A stretch of 64,000 nucleotides of DNA from Candidatus Fimihabitans intestinipullorum. GTDB taxonomy: Bacteria; Bacillota_I; Bacilli_A; RF39; UBA660. Below, piece by piece: positions 28,179-36,490 of this stretch (position 1 is the stretch's first letter; every line of letters begins with the position of its first letter). Below the pieces are notes generated by a model. It had not been told where the DNA came from. It saw nothing but the letters and a program-made list of their open reading frames with translations, and did no database searches. Both the position numbers and the translations under genes were made by a program. The stretch spans positions 96,489-160,488 of the forward strand of contig DVML01000025.1 of NCBI GenBank assembly GCA_018714965.1, read 5' to 3'.

Positions 28179-29666
28179 ATGAAGAAATTTCATATCAATC
28201 GTAGCACTCATATTCATGCGGAACAATCGACAAGTCAACTTGTGCAACATTATTTGATTGCACTTTTACCTCTTGTCTTATTCGCATTTTTCAAAAATGG
28301 AGTATTCCCATACATCAAGGGACTTTCGGGTATATATGACTTGTTCTTACCTCTCTTGGTGATTGGAGTGAGTGTTCTAGGATCATTTTTATCAGAATTA
28401 GGATATTTATGGATCAGACAAAAAATAAAGAAAGAACCGTTTTCGTTCTCTCAGTTTTTAAAATATACTTACTTTTATTTGCCGGGAATTGTCTTGGCCT
28501 TACTTCTACCGTTACATACACCTCTTTATTTAGTACTGCTTTCAAGTGTAGTTGCAACACTGGTTGGCAAGATGGCATTTGGTGGATTCGGAAAAAATAC
28601 GTTTCATCCATCTTTGATTGGTTATGTTTTCATAACGATTCTTTTCGGAAGTATTATAGCATCTAATGGTGGAAGCTTTAGCTCATTAGAAGCGTCGAAC
28701 GGATTTACACAAACGCCAATGGAAATGATGCTTGCAACTGATGGTATCGGAAACTATCAGGTGTTTGTAGCTCCGTTTACTCGCATGTTAAATTTTGTGA
28801 TTGGTATGGTACCAGGAGGTCTCGGAACGACGAGTGCAATTTTGTGTTTGTTAGGTTTTATCTACCTCGTGGTAAATAGGGCGATCAAGTGGAAAATCCC
28901 ATTGTTTTATATTGGTACAGTGTTTGTCATATCTTACATGATTGGGGCTTATCAAAGTCTTGGTTTATGGTATTCGTTTTATCAAGTGATGATAGGAGGC
29001 CTTATGTTTGGCGCAATTTATGTTGCAACAGACCCTGTCACATCACCAACTACACCGATTGGTCAAATTTTATATGGAATCACATTAGGTATTTTAACTG
29101 TCATTTTCCGGTTTTTATTTCCAATTGAATTAGGAGTTGCTTTAAGTATTTTACTTTTAAATGCGTTTGTCTTTGCTTTTGATATGATCGGAAGTAGGGC
29201 AAGATTCCAATTCAATGTAGCTATGTTGCCGTTTTGTATCGCATGGACATGTATCTTGTTATTAGGAGTATATATTGGAACGACATATCCAACTACACCT
29301 ATTCCAATAGTAGAAGAAGAAACAGTGCAACCGCCTACGGAAGAGGAAATTGTGCCGCAAGAGTATCAAATTGTGAGTGATCAAATCCAAGCTCCATATC
29401 ATATTTACGAAGTTTTAGATAGTACGAGTTCGGGAAATTATACGTTACAAATTTATACGTTAGATCATATGATCTCGTCTATTACACTGACGAGTCACAC
29501 AGAGACAGAGGAGACATATCAGGCATTTATGAACAGTAATTATCTTGGCCAGATTATTGTCAACCAAGCACATCTAGATCAATTACAACCGATCCCAGAT
29601 ATGGAACTATCCAGTGCAATCAAAGATACGGTACAACAGTTTTATCAAGCGTTACAACAAATATAA
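28179..29666 (+). CDS. rnfD: RnfD-like membrane subunit fused to an extra TM helix and an RnfG/FMN_bind-like C-terminal domain
   Basis: NQR2/RnfD core with YVATDPVTSP and GFTQTPME. About 150 extra C-terminal residues. GTG 28170 is an alternative start. Confidence 0.8.
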   Translation: MKKFHINRSTHIHAEQSTSQLVQHYLIALLPLVLFAFFKNGVFPYIKGLSGIYDLFLPLLVIGVSVLGSFLSELGYLWIRQKIKKEPFSFSQFLKYTYFYLPGIVLALLLPLHTPLYLVLLSSVVATLVGKMAFGGFGKNTFHPSLIGYVFITILFGSIIASNGGSFSSLEASNGFTQTPMEMMLATDGIGNYQVFVAPFTRMLNFVIGMVPGGLGTTSAILCLLGFIYLVVNRAIKWKIPLFYIGTVFVISYMIGAYQSLGLWYSFYQVMIGGLMFGAIYVATDPVTSPTTPIGQILYGITLGILTVIFRFLFPIELGVALSILLLNAFVFAFDMIGSRARFQFNVAMLPFCIAWTCILLLGVYIGTTYPTTPIPIVEEETVQPPTEEEIVPQEYQIVSDQIQAPYHIYEVLDSTSSGNYTLQIYTLDHMISSITLTSHTETEETYQAFMNSNYLGQIIVNQAHLDQLQPIPDMELSSAIKDTVQQFYQALQQI

Positions 29667-29700
29667 AAAAAGTTGGACTTTTCCAACTTTTTCTTTTTTA
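29665..29700. terminator. bidirectional intrinsic terminator (rnfD / rpmB)
   Basis: Stem AGTTGGA 29671-29677 / TCCAACT 29682-29688, with an A-run upstream and a T-run downstream. Confidence 0.8.
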
Positions 29701-29880
29701 TTAAGCATTTTTTGAAGCTTTGTTTAATGTTCTAAGCTCTCTAGCAGTCATTCTTACTGACTCTCCGTTATCTAATGTAACTTTTTGTAAGTTAGGTTTT
29801 TGCACACGTCTTGTTGCATTACATGCGTGTGATCTTCTATTTCCTGCTAATGGTTTTTTTGAAGTTATTTTCTTTGCCAT
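29701..29880 (-). CDS. rpmB: 50S ribosomal protein L28, absent from the ORF track (59 aa)
   Basis: My translation is MAKKITSKKPLAGNRRSHACNATRRVQKPNLQKVTLDNGESVRMTARELRTLNKASKNA. It carries the L28 motif GNxRSHAxNxTxRxxxPNLQK. RBS AAGGAGGATAGT. Confidence 0.9.
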   Translation of the reverse strand: MAKKITSKKPLAGNRRSHACNATRRVQKPNLQKVTLDNGESVRMTARELRTLNKASKNA

Positions 29881-29969
29881 ACTATCCTCCTTATACTGAT
29901 TCTCTTATTTTTGGTTTTTTCCCTATGCCTTACCACTTTATCATAAATGACAGGGAAAGTCAATCTAAA

Positions 29970-30836
29970 TTAGTCATATAACTCGTTTTTTAATAATTCT
30001 AAGTTTTCATACATCAATGTAATGTAGTCTTTCTTTTCGTTCCTCTGTTCCTCTGTTAGATTGGAAATACTATGGAAGGTCTGGAGTTGAACTCCGGTTT
30101 GTTTTTGTAAACGTGTAATCGTATTATTGACTTGTTCGTTATCCATCGTAAAAATGTAGTTAATTGTTTCATTTTGAATCATCGTTCTAACATCGGCGAC
30201 AGTCTTATCGGTTAGATTGCTATTTTCTTCCAATGAAATTACGGTAAATCCATATTTTTCTAAAAACTTGAATGCGTCGTTTGATACGACGATGACAGGA
30301 TTGTCAGAACTTTCACTAATTAATTTTAGTTCTGCATCTAAGTTGGATACTTCGATACGGAGTTCGTTGTAACGATCTTCGATTTCATTTTTTAAATAGT
30401 GATTATTAATATATTCTTTTAATCCATTTCGAATATTTTGCGCTAGCATCAAGAAGTTAGATGGATCGAGCCATAATTCTTCCATTTCGTGATTATATTC
30501 CATCGTGAGTGTCGTATCGATGATCTTGATATTTTTATTTTCGTTGACCATCGGTATGACGTAGTCTTTTTCTTTAGAAAGTCCGTTGAAGATAAACATA
30601 CTTGCTTTACTATAATCCTTGATCTGTTTGTTTGTCAGATTATAGTTTTCCACGTCGACACCATCCGGATAGATACTTTTGACAGTGCTATGGTCACCAT
30701 ATAATTTTTGTGTAATATATTCAACTGGGTAAGTCGTCGTGTAAATTTCAATTCCTTCTAAGTCATCTCGTTTTAAACATCCGGTTGCAAAACTTGATAC
30801 AACGATCGCTAATAATAGTATTCCTAATTTTTTCAT
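29970..30836 (-). CDS. ZnuA/TroA-family metal-binding lipoprotein (orphan, no ABC partner genes adjacent)
   Basis: Lipobox LLAIVVSSFATGC and cluster-9 SBP-like sequence (TTYPVEYITQKL, MFIFNGL). ATG 30836 follows AAAGGAGAATAAT. Confidence 0.7.
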   Translation of the reverse strand: MKKLGILLLAIVVSSFATGCLKRDDLEGIEIYTTTYPVEYITQKLYGDHSTVKSIYPDGVDVENYNLTNKQIKDYSKASMFIFNGLSKEKDYVIPMVNENKNIKIIDTTLTMEYNHEMEELWLDPSNFLMLAQNIRNGLKEYINNHYLKNEIEDRYNELRIEVSNLDAELKLISESSDNPVIVVSNDAFKFLEKYGFTVISLEENSNLTDKTVADVRTMIQNETINYIFTMDNEQVNNTITRLQKQTGVQLQTFHSISNLTEEQRNEKKDYITLMYENLELLKNELYD

Positions 30837-30837
30837 A

Positions 30838-31062
30838 TTATTCTCCTTTTTTTGGCACGGGATCATATCCGCTCGTTCCCCATGGGTTACATTTTAAAAT
30901 TCTTTTGATTGCAAGAATGCTTCCTTTCCATGCTCCGTAAACTTGAATGGCTTCTTTTGCATAGTTGGAGCAAGTTGGAACATGCCTGCAATTTAAATGG
31001 AATTGACCTGGTATTCTTTGATATAAATCAATTCCATGTAGTAAGATATTTTTCATACGCAT
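30838..31062 (-). CDS. yidD: membrane protein insertion efficiency factor YidD
   Basis: [37 protein letters not shown] is the YidD signature. The exact start is uncertain (31056, 31062 or 31065). Confidence 0.85.
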   Translation of the reverse strand: MRMKNILLHGIDLYQRIPGQFHLNCRHVPTCSNYAKEAIQVYGAWKGSILAIKRILKCNPWGTSGYDPVPKKGE

Positions 31063-31175
31063 CACATATCTATTATACTAAAAAGGAGGGACATTGTAAA
31101 TGTTCCTATTTTGTTTTTTGTATCATCTAGAAGCATTTAAAAAAATATGGTAGAATGTTAGTAGGATGTGAAAGT

Positions 31176-32381
31176 ATGAATGATCAGTTGACAAGTAATG
31201 CGAAACGATTGATGTTGATTCATAATTCAAATGGAGTTCTTCGCATCATGATTTCGACATTCTTAAGTATTTTTTTATTTCAAAAAGCTGGGTATGAACC
31301 ACTTGTGATTTTTAATGTTATTTTGTATTGCGTCATGCCTCTTTCTTTTTATATTTTATCGAAATACGTGAATCAAAAAAGACTCCTCGACGTTTACCGG
31401 ATCGGAATATTCTTTTGTTTTTTATTTTCGATTTTTCTCGTTGTGTTTCAAAAAGAGTTAGCAAGCCATATCGTCTTTGTTGCAATTTTATATGGAATTT
31501 CAAGTGGTCTTTATTGGTATGCCTACGATATATCTACGTATCATTTTAACAATCTAGATCAGAGAATTCGGTATCTCGGATATTCGAAAGCGATCGATAA
31601 GGTAGTGAATATTATTACACCGATTACTTTAGGTAGTTTGATTACTATGGGTTCTTATCACTACGTATTTATCATTATGACGATATTGACAGCATTTTTA
31701 TTTTTGCTATCGTTATCTCTTCATATGCCAACTTCGAATATCAAAAAAGTTCAATTAAAAGAATACGAGAAAAAAGTTAGAGATAGCAAAGACTTGAAAC
31801 GATTATATCGAATCGCTTTCGTAGAGGGGTTTAGTGGGAAAGCACTTACGGATATGGTATTTCCAATTTTAATATTTCTCGCATTTCAAAGTGAATTTTC
31901 CCTAGGGTCTTTGAATTCTATTTTTGCTATGATTTCAGCGATCGTTTCATATATCTTAGGAAAGAAAATACTAGGAGATAAGATGATGAAGATGACGGCT
32001 TTTTCTCTCATTGGACTCGCATGTAGTTCCATCATTTACTTGTTTACACTTAGTCCGACGACAGTGATCCTTTATAATATTTGTTATTATTTACTAAATC
32101 CGTTAAGAGAATATGGATATTCTCATTATGCTTATAATATGATCGACATAGAAAATCTAAGCTCCTATAGTACAGAACACTTCGTCTTACGTGAGTTTGT
32201 TTTAGATATGGGAAGAGTCTGTTCCTTCTTGATTGTTTTTTTCGTTTTAGTGTTCGCACAGGATCAAGCGATTTATTATCAGTTGTTAGTATGCATTTTA
32301 ACAGTGCCAACTCTTGCCATTTTGTATGATTTAGTAAAAGTGGAAGCACACGTACAAGAAGTATTGAAAAAAAGAAAGTAG
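31176..32381 (+). CDS. MFS-type polytopic membrane transporter (tentative)
   Basis: About 400 aa with roughly 11-12 hydrophobic helices. No specific motif recognised. The start could be 31155 or 31176. Confidence 0.5.
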   Translation: MNDQLTSNAKRLMLIHNSNGVLRIMISTFLSIFLFQKAGYEPLVIFNVILYCVMPLSFYILSKYVNQKRLLDVYRIGIFFCFLFSIFLVVFQKELASHIVFVAILYGISSGLYWYAYDISTYHFNNLDQRIRYLGYSKAIDKVVNIITPITLGSLITMGSYHYVFIIMTILTAFLFLLSLSLHMPTSNIKKVQLKEYEKKVRDSKDLKRLYRIAFVEGFSGKALTDMVFPILIFLAFQSEFSLGSLNSIFAMISAIVSYILGKKILGDKMMKMTAFSLIGLACSSIIYLFTLSPTTVILYNICYYLLNPLREYGYSHYAYNMIDIENLSSYSTEHFVLREFVLDMGRVCSFLIVFFVLVFAQDQAIYYQLLVCILTVPTLAILYDLVKVEAHVQEVLKKRK

Positions 32382-32430
32382 CAATTTAGACAAAGGGAAT
32401 AGAATATGATAGAATGGGTACGGTGATCTT

Positions 32431-33120
32431 ATGAAGATATTAGATAAATTAAAGATACAAACGGACAACGAACAACTTTATCGAACTGCTTTTACGCATA
32501 CTTCTTATGCGAATGAAGAAAATGTCGAAAGTTACGAAAGACTTGAGTATTTGGGAGATGCAGTATTAGAAGTTATCATGAGTGAATATTTATATCTACA
32601 TACTTCTTATGAGGAAGGGGTTATGACGAAGATGAGAAGTCAGTATGTATGTGAGAATGCTCTATACGAATATTCTCTTCGTCTCGGACTTAACGAAGAA
32701 CTTCTCTTAGGAAAAGGAGAGTTAGAACATGGTGGAAAGTATCGTAAGGCGATCGTCGCTGATATATTTGAGGCATTTACAGGAGCGCTTTATTTAGATC
32801 AAGGATTAGAGGTTGCAAAAAAGTTTATCTACGATACAGTGGTACCGATGATCGAAGATGAGAAAATCGATTTTTTCGATGATTATAAATCATTATTACA
32901 AGAGCAAGTGCAGACGACAAAGAAGAGTTTGCAATATCAAATTGTTCATGAAGAGGGGCCAGCTCACAATAAGATTTTCACAGTCGTAGTCAAGATCGAT
33001 GGGATTACTTACGGGCGCGGAACCGCGCATAGCAAAAAAGAAGCGGAGCAGGAAGCAGCGCGTGATGCTCTTAAAAAAAGTGTTGCGAAAGTAGAGACAA
33101 ATGGTTGTCAAACAGAGTAA
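32431..33120 (+). CDS. rnc: ribonuclease III
   Basis: ERLEYLGDAVLE signature plus a C-terminal dsRBD (KDYKSLLQE...HSKKEAEQEAARDALKK). Confidence 0.95.
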   Translation: MKILDKLKIQTDNEQLYRTAFTHTSYANEENVESYERLEYLGDAVLEVIMSEYLYLHTSYEEGVMTKMRSQYVCENALYEYSLRLGLNEELLLGKGELEHGGKYRKAIVADIFEAFTGALYLDQGLEVAKKFIYDTVVPMIEDEKIDFFDDYKSLLQEQVQTTKKSLQYQIVHEEGPAHNKIFTVVVKIDGITYGRGTAHSKKEAEQEAARDALKKSVAKVETNGCQTE

Positions 33121-33158
33121 AAGATAGTATGATATTATGGGACTAGGAGGTGTACAAC

Positions 33159-33875
33159 ATGGGAAGAGCATACGAAGTAAGAAAGGCAAGTATTCAAAAA
33201 ACTGGTGCAGCAAAAGCAAAGTTATATTCTATGTATGCACGTGAAATTTATCAAGCAGCTAAGAATGGTGGTACGGAAGAAGCAAGTAATGCAGTATTAA
33301 AACGTTTGGTGGAAAGAGCGAAAAAAGAGCAAGTTCCATCTGATATTATCAAACGTGCAATCGACAAGGTAAATAGTGGTGTCGATGAGAGTTATACGAG
33401 TGCTAGATACGAATTATTTGGACCAAGTGGATCTACTTTGATCGTAGATTGTTTGACGGATAATGTAAATCGAAGTGTATCAAATTTACGTGCCGCAATT
33501 AACAAAACGTCTGCTAAGATGGGTGCGATCGGAAGTGTCGCATATATGTATGATCATCTATGTATGGTTGGCGTAAAAGGTATGAACGAAGAAGAAGTGA
33601 TGGATGCTTTGATCGCGGCAGATATCGATGTTGAAGATATCGAAGTAGAAGGTGACGAGATTATCATCTATGGAAATCCATCTGATTTATATGCTATCAA
33701 AGAGGCAATCACGAAAGCGAAACCAGGAATCGAGTTTGCTTTAGATGAAATAGCAATGTTGCCAAAAGATAAAGTCGTATTACAAGGAGACGACTTGGCT
33801 GATTTTAATAAATTACTTACTTTATTAGACGATATTGAGGATGTACAACATGTATATCATAATGTAGAAAAATAA
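33159..33875 (+). CDS. yebC: YebC/PmpR-family transcriptional regulator
   Basis: The N-terminus MGRAYEVRKASIQKTGAAKAKLYS is typical. ATG 33159 follows AGGAGG. Confidence 0.9.
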   Translation: MGRAYEVRKASIQKTGAAKAKLYSMYAREIYQAAKNGGTEEASNAVLKRLVERAKKEQVPSDIIKRAIDKVNSGVDESYTSARYELFGPSGSTLIVDCLTDNVNRSVSNLRAAINKTSAKMGAIGSVAYMYDHLCMVGVKGMNEEEVMDALIAADIDVEDIEVEGDEIIIYGNPSDLYAIKEAITKAKPGIEFALDEIAMLPKDKVVLQGDDLADFNKLLTLLDDIEDVQHVYHNVEK

Positions 33876-33972
33876 GAAATGGTAAAAATTTCCATTTCTC
33901 GTTTTTCGAACAAAACTTATGGACGAAAGTCTGAAAAAATGGTATACTGACAGTAGCGATGGAGGTAGTATT

Positions 33973-34206
33973 ATGTATCGTAAATTAAAAGAATTAAGAA
34001 AAAAGAAAAAATATACAACACAGATTATGGCAGAGAGGCTTGGAATTAGCAAACCATTCTACTGTCAAATCGAAAATGGAACAAGAAGGCTTTCTTATCG
34101 TATGGCGGTAAAGATTGCCGACATATTTAACAAAAGACCAGATACTTTATTCTATGAGGATCAAAAAGAACTCTTAGAAGCAGAGTTAAAAGAAGACGAA
34201 AAATAA
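33973..34206 (+). CDS. XRE-family helix-turn-helix regulator (77 aa)
   Basis: KYTTQIMAERLGISKPFYCQIENGTRRLS. ATG 33973 follows GGAGGT. Confidence 0.8.
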   Translation: MYRKLKELRKKKKYTTQIMAERLGISKPFYCQIENGTRRLSYRMAVKIADIFNKRPDTLFYEDQKELLEAELKEDEK

Positions 34207-34265
34207 CATTTCGTCTTTTTCATTTATTTTATTTGTGGTAAACTATAATTTAAAGAGGTGAAGTT

Positions 34266-35555
34266 ATGGCGAGTACGAGTTTATTACCTGCAGATACGTA
34301 TATTGTAGCGAATCAAACGATTTTGAACGATCAAGATCGGAAGTTACTCATTACACTTTATCAGCCCATTATTGGAACCTCTGCTATTAGTTTATATTTT
34401 ACATTGTGGTCTTATTTAGATAAGTTGGAGATTTGTTCCTGCGAATGGACACACCATCATTTGATGACAAATATGGGGTGTCGTCTTTCTGAAATTATGG
34501 AAGCAAGGGAAAAATTAGAGGCGATTGGACTTTTGAAGACATATGTGAAAAGAGATTCTGTGAATCATTATGTCTATCAGTTATATTCTCCTTTATCTCC
34601 TGCAGAATTTTTTAATAACCCAATTTTAAGTACGACATTATACAATAATGTAGGAATGAAAGAATATGATAAGATTGTAGAATATTTTAAAGTTCCTAAA
34701 CTTAATTTAAAAGAGTATGAGGATGTTACACACTTATTTAGCGATGTGTTTGAATCTGTCACGTCGAGTCCGATGGATCACTTAGTATCGGATATTAAAA
34801 AGAGAAATAAGAGAAATTTAGATTTTATCGCTAAGATAGATTTACCGAGTATTCTATCTATGATTCCTGATGAGGTGTTGAATCCTCGAAGCATTACAAA
34901 AGATACGAAAGATCTTTTATATAAATTATCTTTTATCTATGATTTATCGGATGATGAGATGAGTGACCTAATTCGCAATTCGATCAGCGAAAGACATACG
35001 ATCGATAAACAGTTAATTCGCAAGAATGCTCGTAAATATTATCAATTTGAAAACGATGGAAAGCTACCAAGCTTCGTCTATAAGACACAACCTGAATATT
35101 TACGAAAACCGATTGGTGATACGTCCAACAAGGCAAAGATTATCTATCAATTTGAAACGATAACACCATATGATTTCTTATGCCGTAAGAATCATGGAGC
35201 ACGTCCAAGCAAGACAGATTTAGCCACACTCGAATATTTAATGGTCGATATGGGGTTGAAACCAGGAGTCGTCAATGTACTCGTCGATTATGTATTAAAG
35301 ATTAACCAGAATAAATTGACGAAATCTTTTATGATCGCGATAGCAACACAGTGGGTGCGTAGTCATGTTGAGACGGTAGAAGATGCGATGGCGATCGCAC
35401 AAAAAGAACAACGCAGCAAGAAATCTTATCAGAAGAAAACTGGGGCGAAGAAAGTATCGGAAAAGCCGGTATGGTTCGATGAGACGATTGAAAAGTCAAA
35501 TTTGAGTACAGAAGAAGAACAAGAGATGAAAGAAATTCTAATGCAGTATAAGTAG
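34266..35555 (+). CDS. dnaB: replication initiation and membrane attachment protein (Firmicute DnaB helicase-loading factor, not the replicative helicase)
   Basis: DnaB_2/DnaD-like repeats. 429 aa. Lies immediately upstream of dnaI, as in Bacillus. Confidence 0.8.
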   Translation: MASTSLLPADTYIVANQTILNDQDRKLLITLYQPIIGTSAISLYFTLWSYLDKLEICSCEWTHHHLMTNMGCRLSEIMEAREKLEAIGLLKTYVKRDSVNHYVYQLYSPLSPAEFFNNPILSTTLYNNVGMKEYDKIVEYFKVPKLNLKEYEDVTHLFSDVFESVTSSPMDHLVSDIKKRNKRNLDFIAKIDLPSILSMIPDEVLNPRSITKDTKDLLYKLSFIYDLSDDEMSDLIRNSISERHTIDKQLIRKNARKYYQFENDGKLPSFVYKTQPEYLRKPIGDTSNKAKIIYQFETITPYDFLCRKNHGARPSKTDLATLEYLMVDMGLKPGVVNVLVDYVLKINQNKLTKSFMIAIATQWVRSHVETVEDAMAIAQKEQRSKKSYQKKTGAKKVSEKPVWFDETIEKSNLSTEEEQEMKEILMQYK

Positions 35556-35563
35556 GTGAAAGT

Positions 35564-36481
35564 ATGAAGACAGTAAAAGAAAGTTTAAAGAGTGCTGGAT
35601 TTCGCAATATGGATAATGTTCTTTTAAATGAATTTCAGAATGCCTGTAAAGATCCATATTTTAAGAAGCTCGTAACAGCATTAAAGATGGATCCACATGT
35701 ACTTATGAAGTATACATCTTCCTTAGAAGATAGTGCGAAAGAGTGTCGGAATTGTGATGGATGTAAGGGGTTGATAGAGTGCAAAAACCAAGTAGAAGGG
35801 TATCGTTATTTACCTAAAGTCAAAGGAGAAATTCTTGAATTCGACTATCGGGCTTGCCCTTTTCAAGAAAAGAGAAGAAGAGAAGATCTATGCCTTAAAA
35901 ATATCGAGACGTTTGGAATTTCTAGTGACATTCGTGCTGCCAAAATGAAAGATATCTATGGGGATGATAAGAATAGATTACCTATCATGAAGTGGATGAA
36001 TCACTTTATTAAAAATTATAAGAAGAATCCTCATCAAAAAGGACTTTACTTACATGGTAGTTTTGGTAGTGGTAAATCGTATTTGATCGCCGCGATGTTT
36101 CATGAGCTTGCAAAGCAAAACGTCAAGAGTGCGATCGTGTTTTGGCCAGAATTTTTAAGAGAGTTAAAGAGTTCATTTGGAGCTGATTTTAAAGATAAAT
36201 TTCACATTGTCCAAACTGCACCATTGTTACTGATCGATGACATTGGGGCAGAAAGTACGACGGTATGGGGAAGAGATGAGATCTTGTGTACGATACTTCA
36301 ATATCGAATGCAGGAAAAATTACCGACATTTTTCACTTCCAATTTAGATTTATCGTTATTGGAAGCACATTTGAGCGTGAGTAAAGAAAAGATTGATGAA
36401 GTGAAGGCACGTCGCATTATGAAAAGAATAGAGCAGTTAACAGATACGTTGGAGTTGGTGAGTGTTAATCTGAGAAAGTAG
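35564..36481 (+). CDS. dnaI: primosomal helicase loader DnaI
   Basis: N-terminal Cys-rich zinc module (CRNCDGCKGLIEC), Walker A GSFGSGKSYL and Walker B LLIDDIG. Confidence 0.9.
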   Translation: MKTVKESLKSAGFRNMDNVLLNEFQNACKDPYFKKLVTALKMDPHVLMKYTSSLEDSAKECRNCDGCKGLIECKNQVEGYRYLPKVKGEILEFDYRACPFQEKRRREDLCLKNIETFGISSDIRAAKMKDIYGDDKNRLPIMKWMNHFIKNYKKNPHQKGLYLHGSFGSGKSYLIAAMFHELAKQNVKSAIVFWPEFLRELKSSFGADFKDKFHIVQTAPLLLIDDIGAESTTVWGRDEILCTILQYRMQEKLPTFFTSNLDLSLLEAHLSVSKEKIDEVKARRIMKRIEQLTDTLELVSVNLRK

Positions 36482-36490
36482 GGAAGTCAC

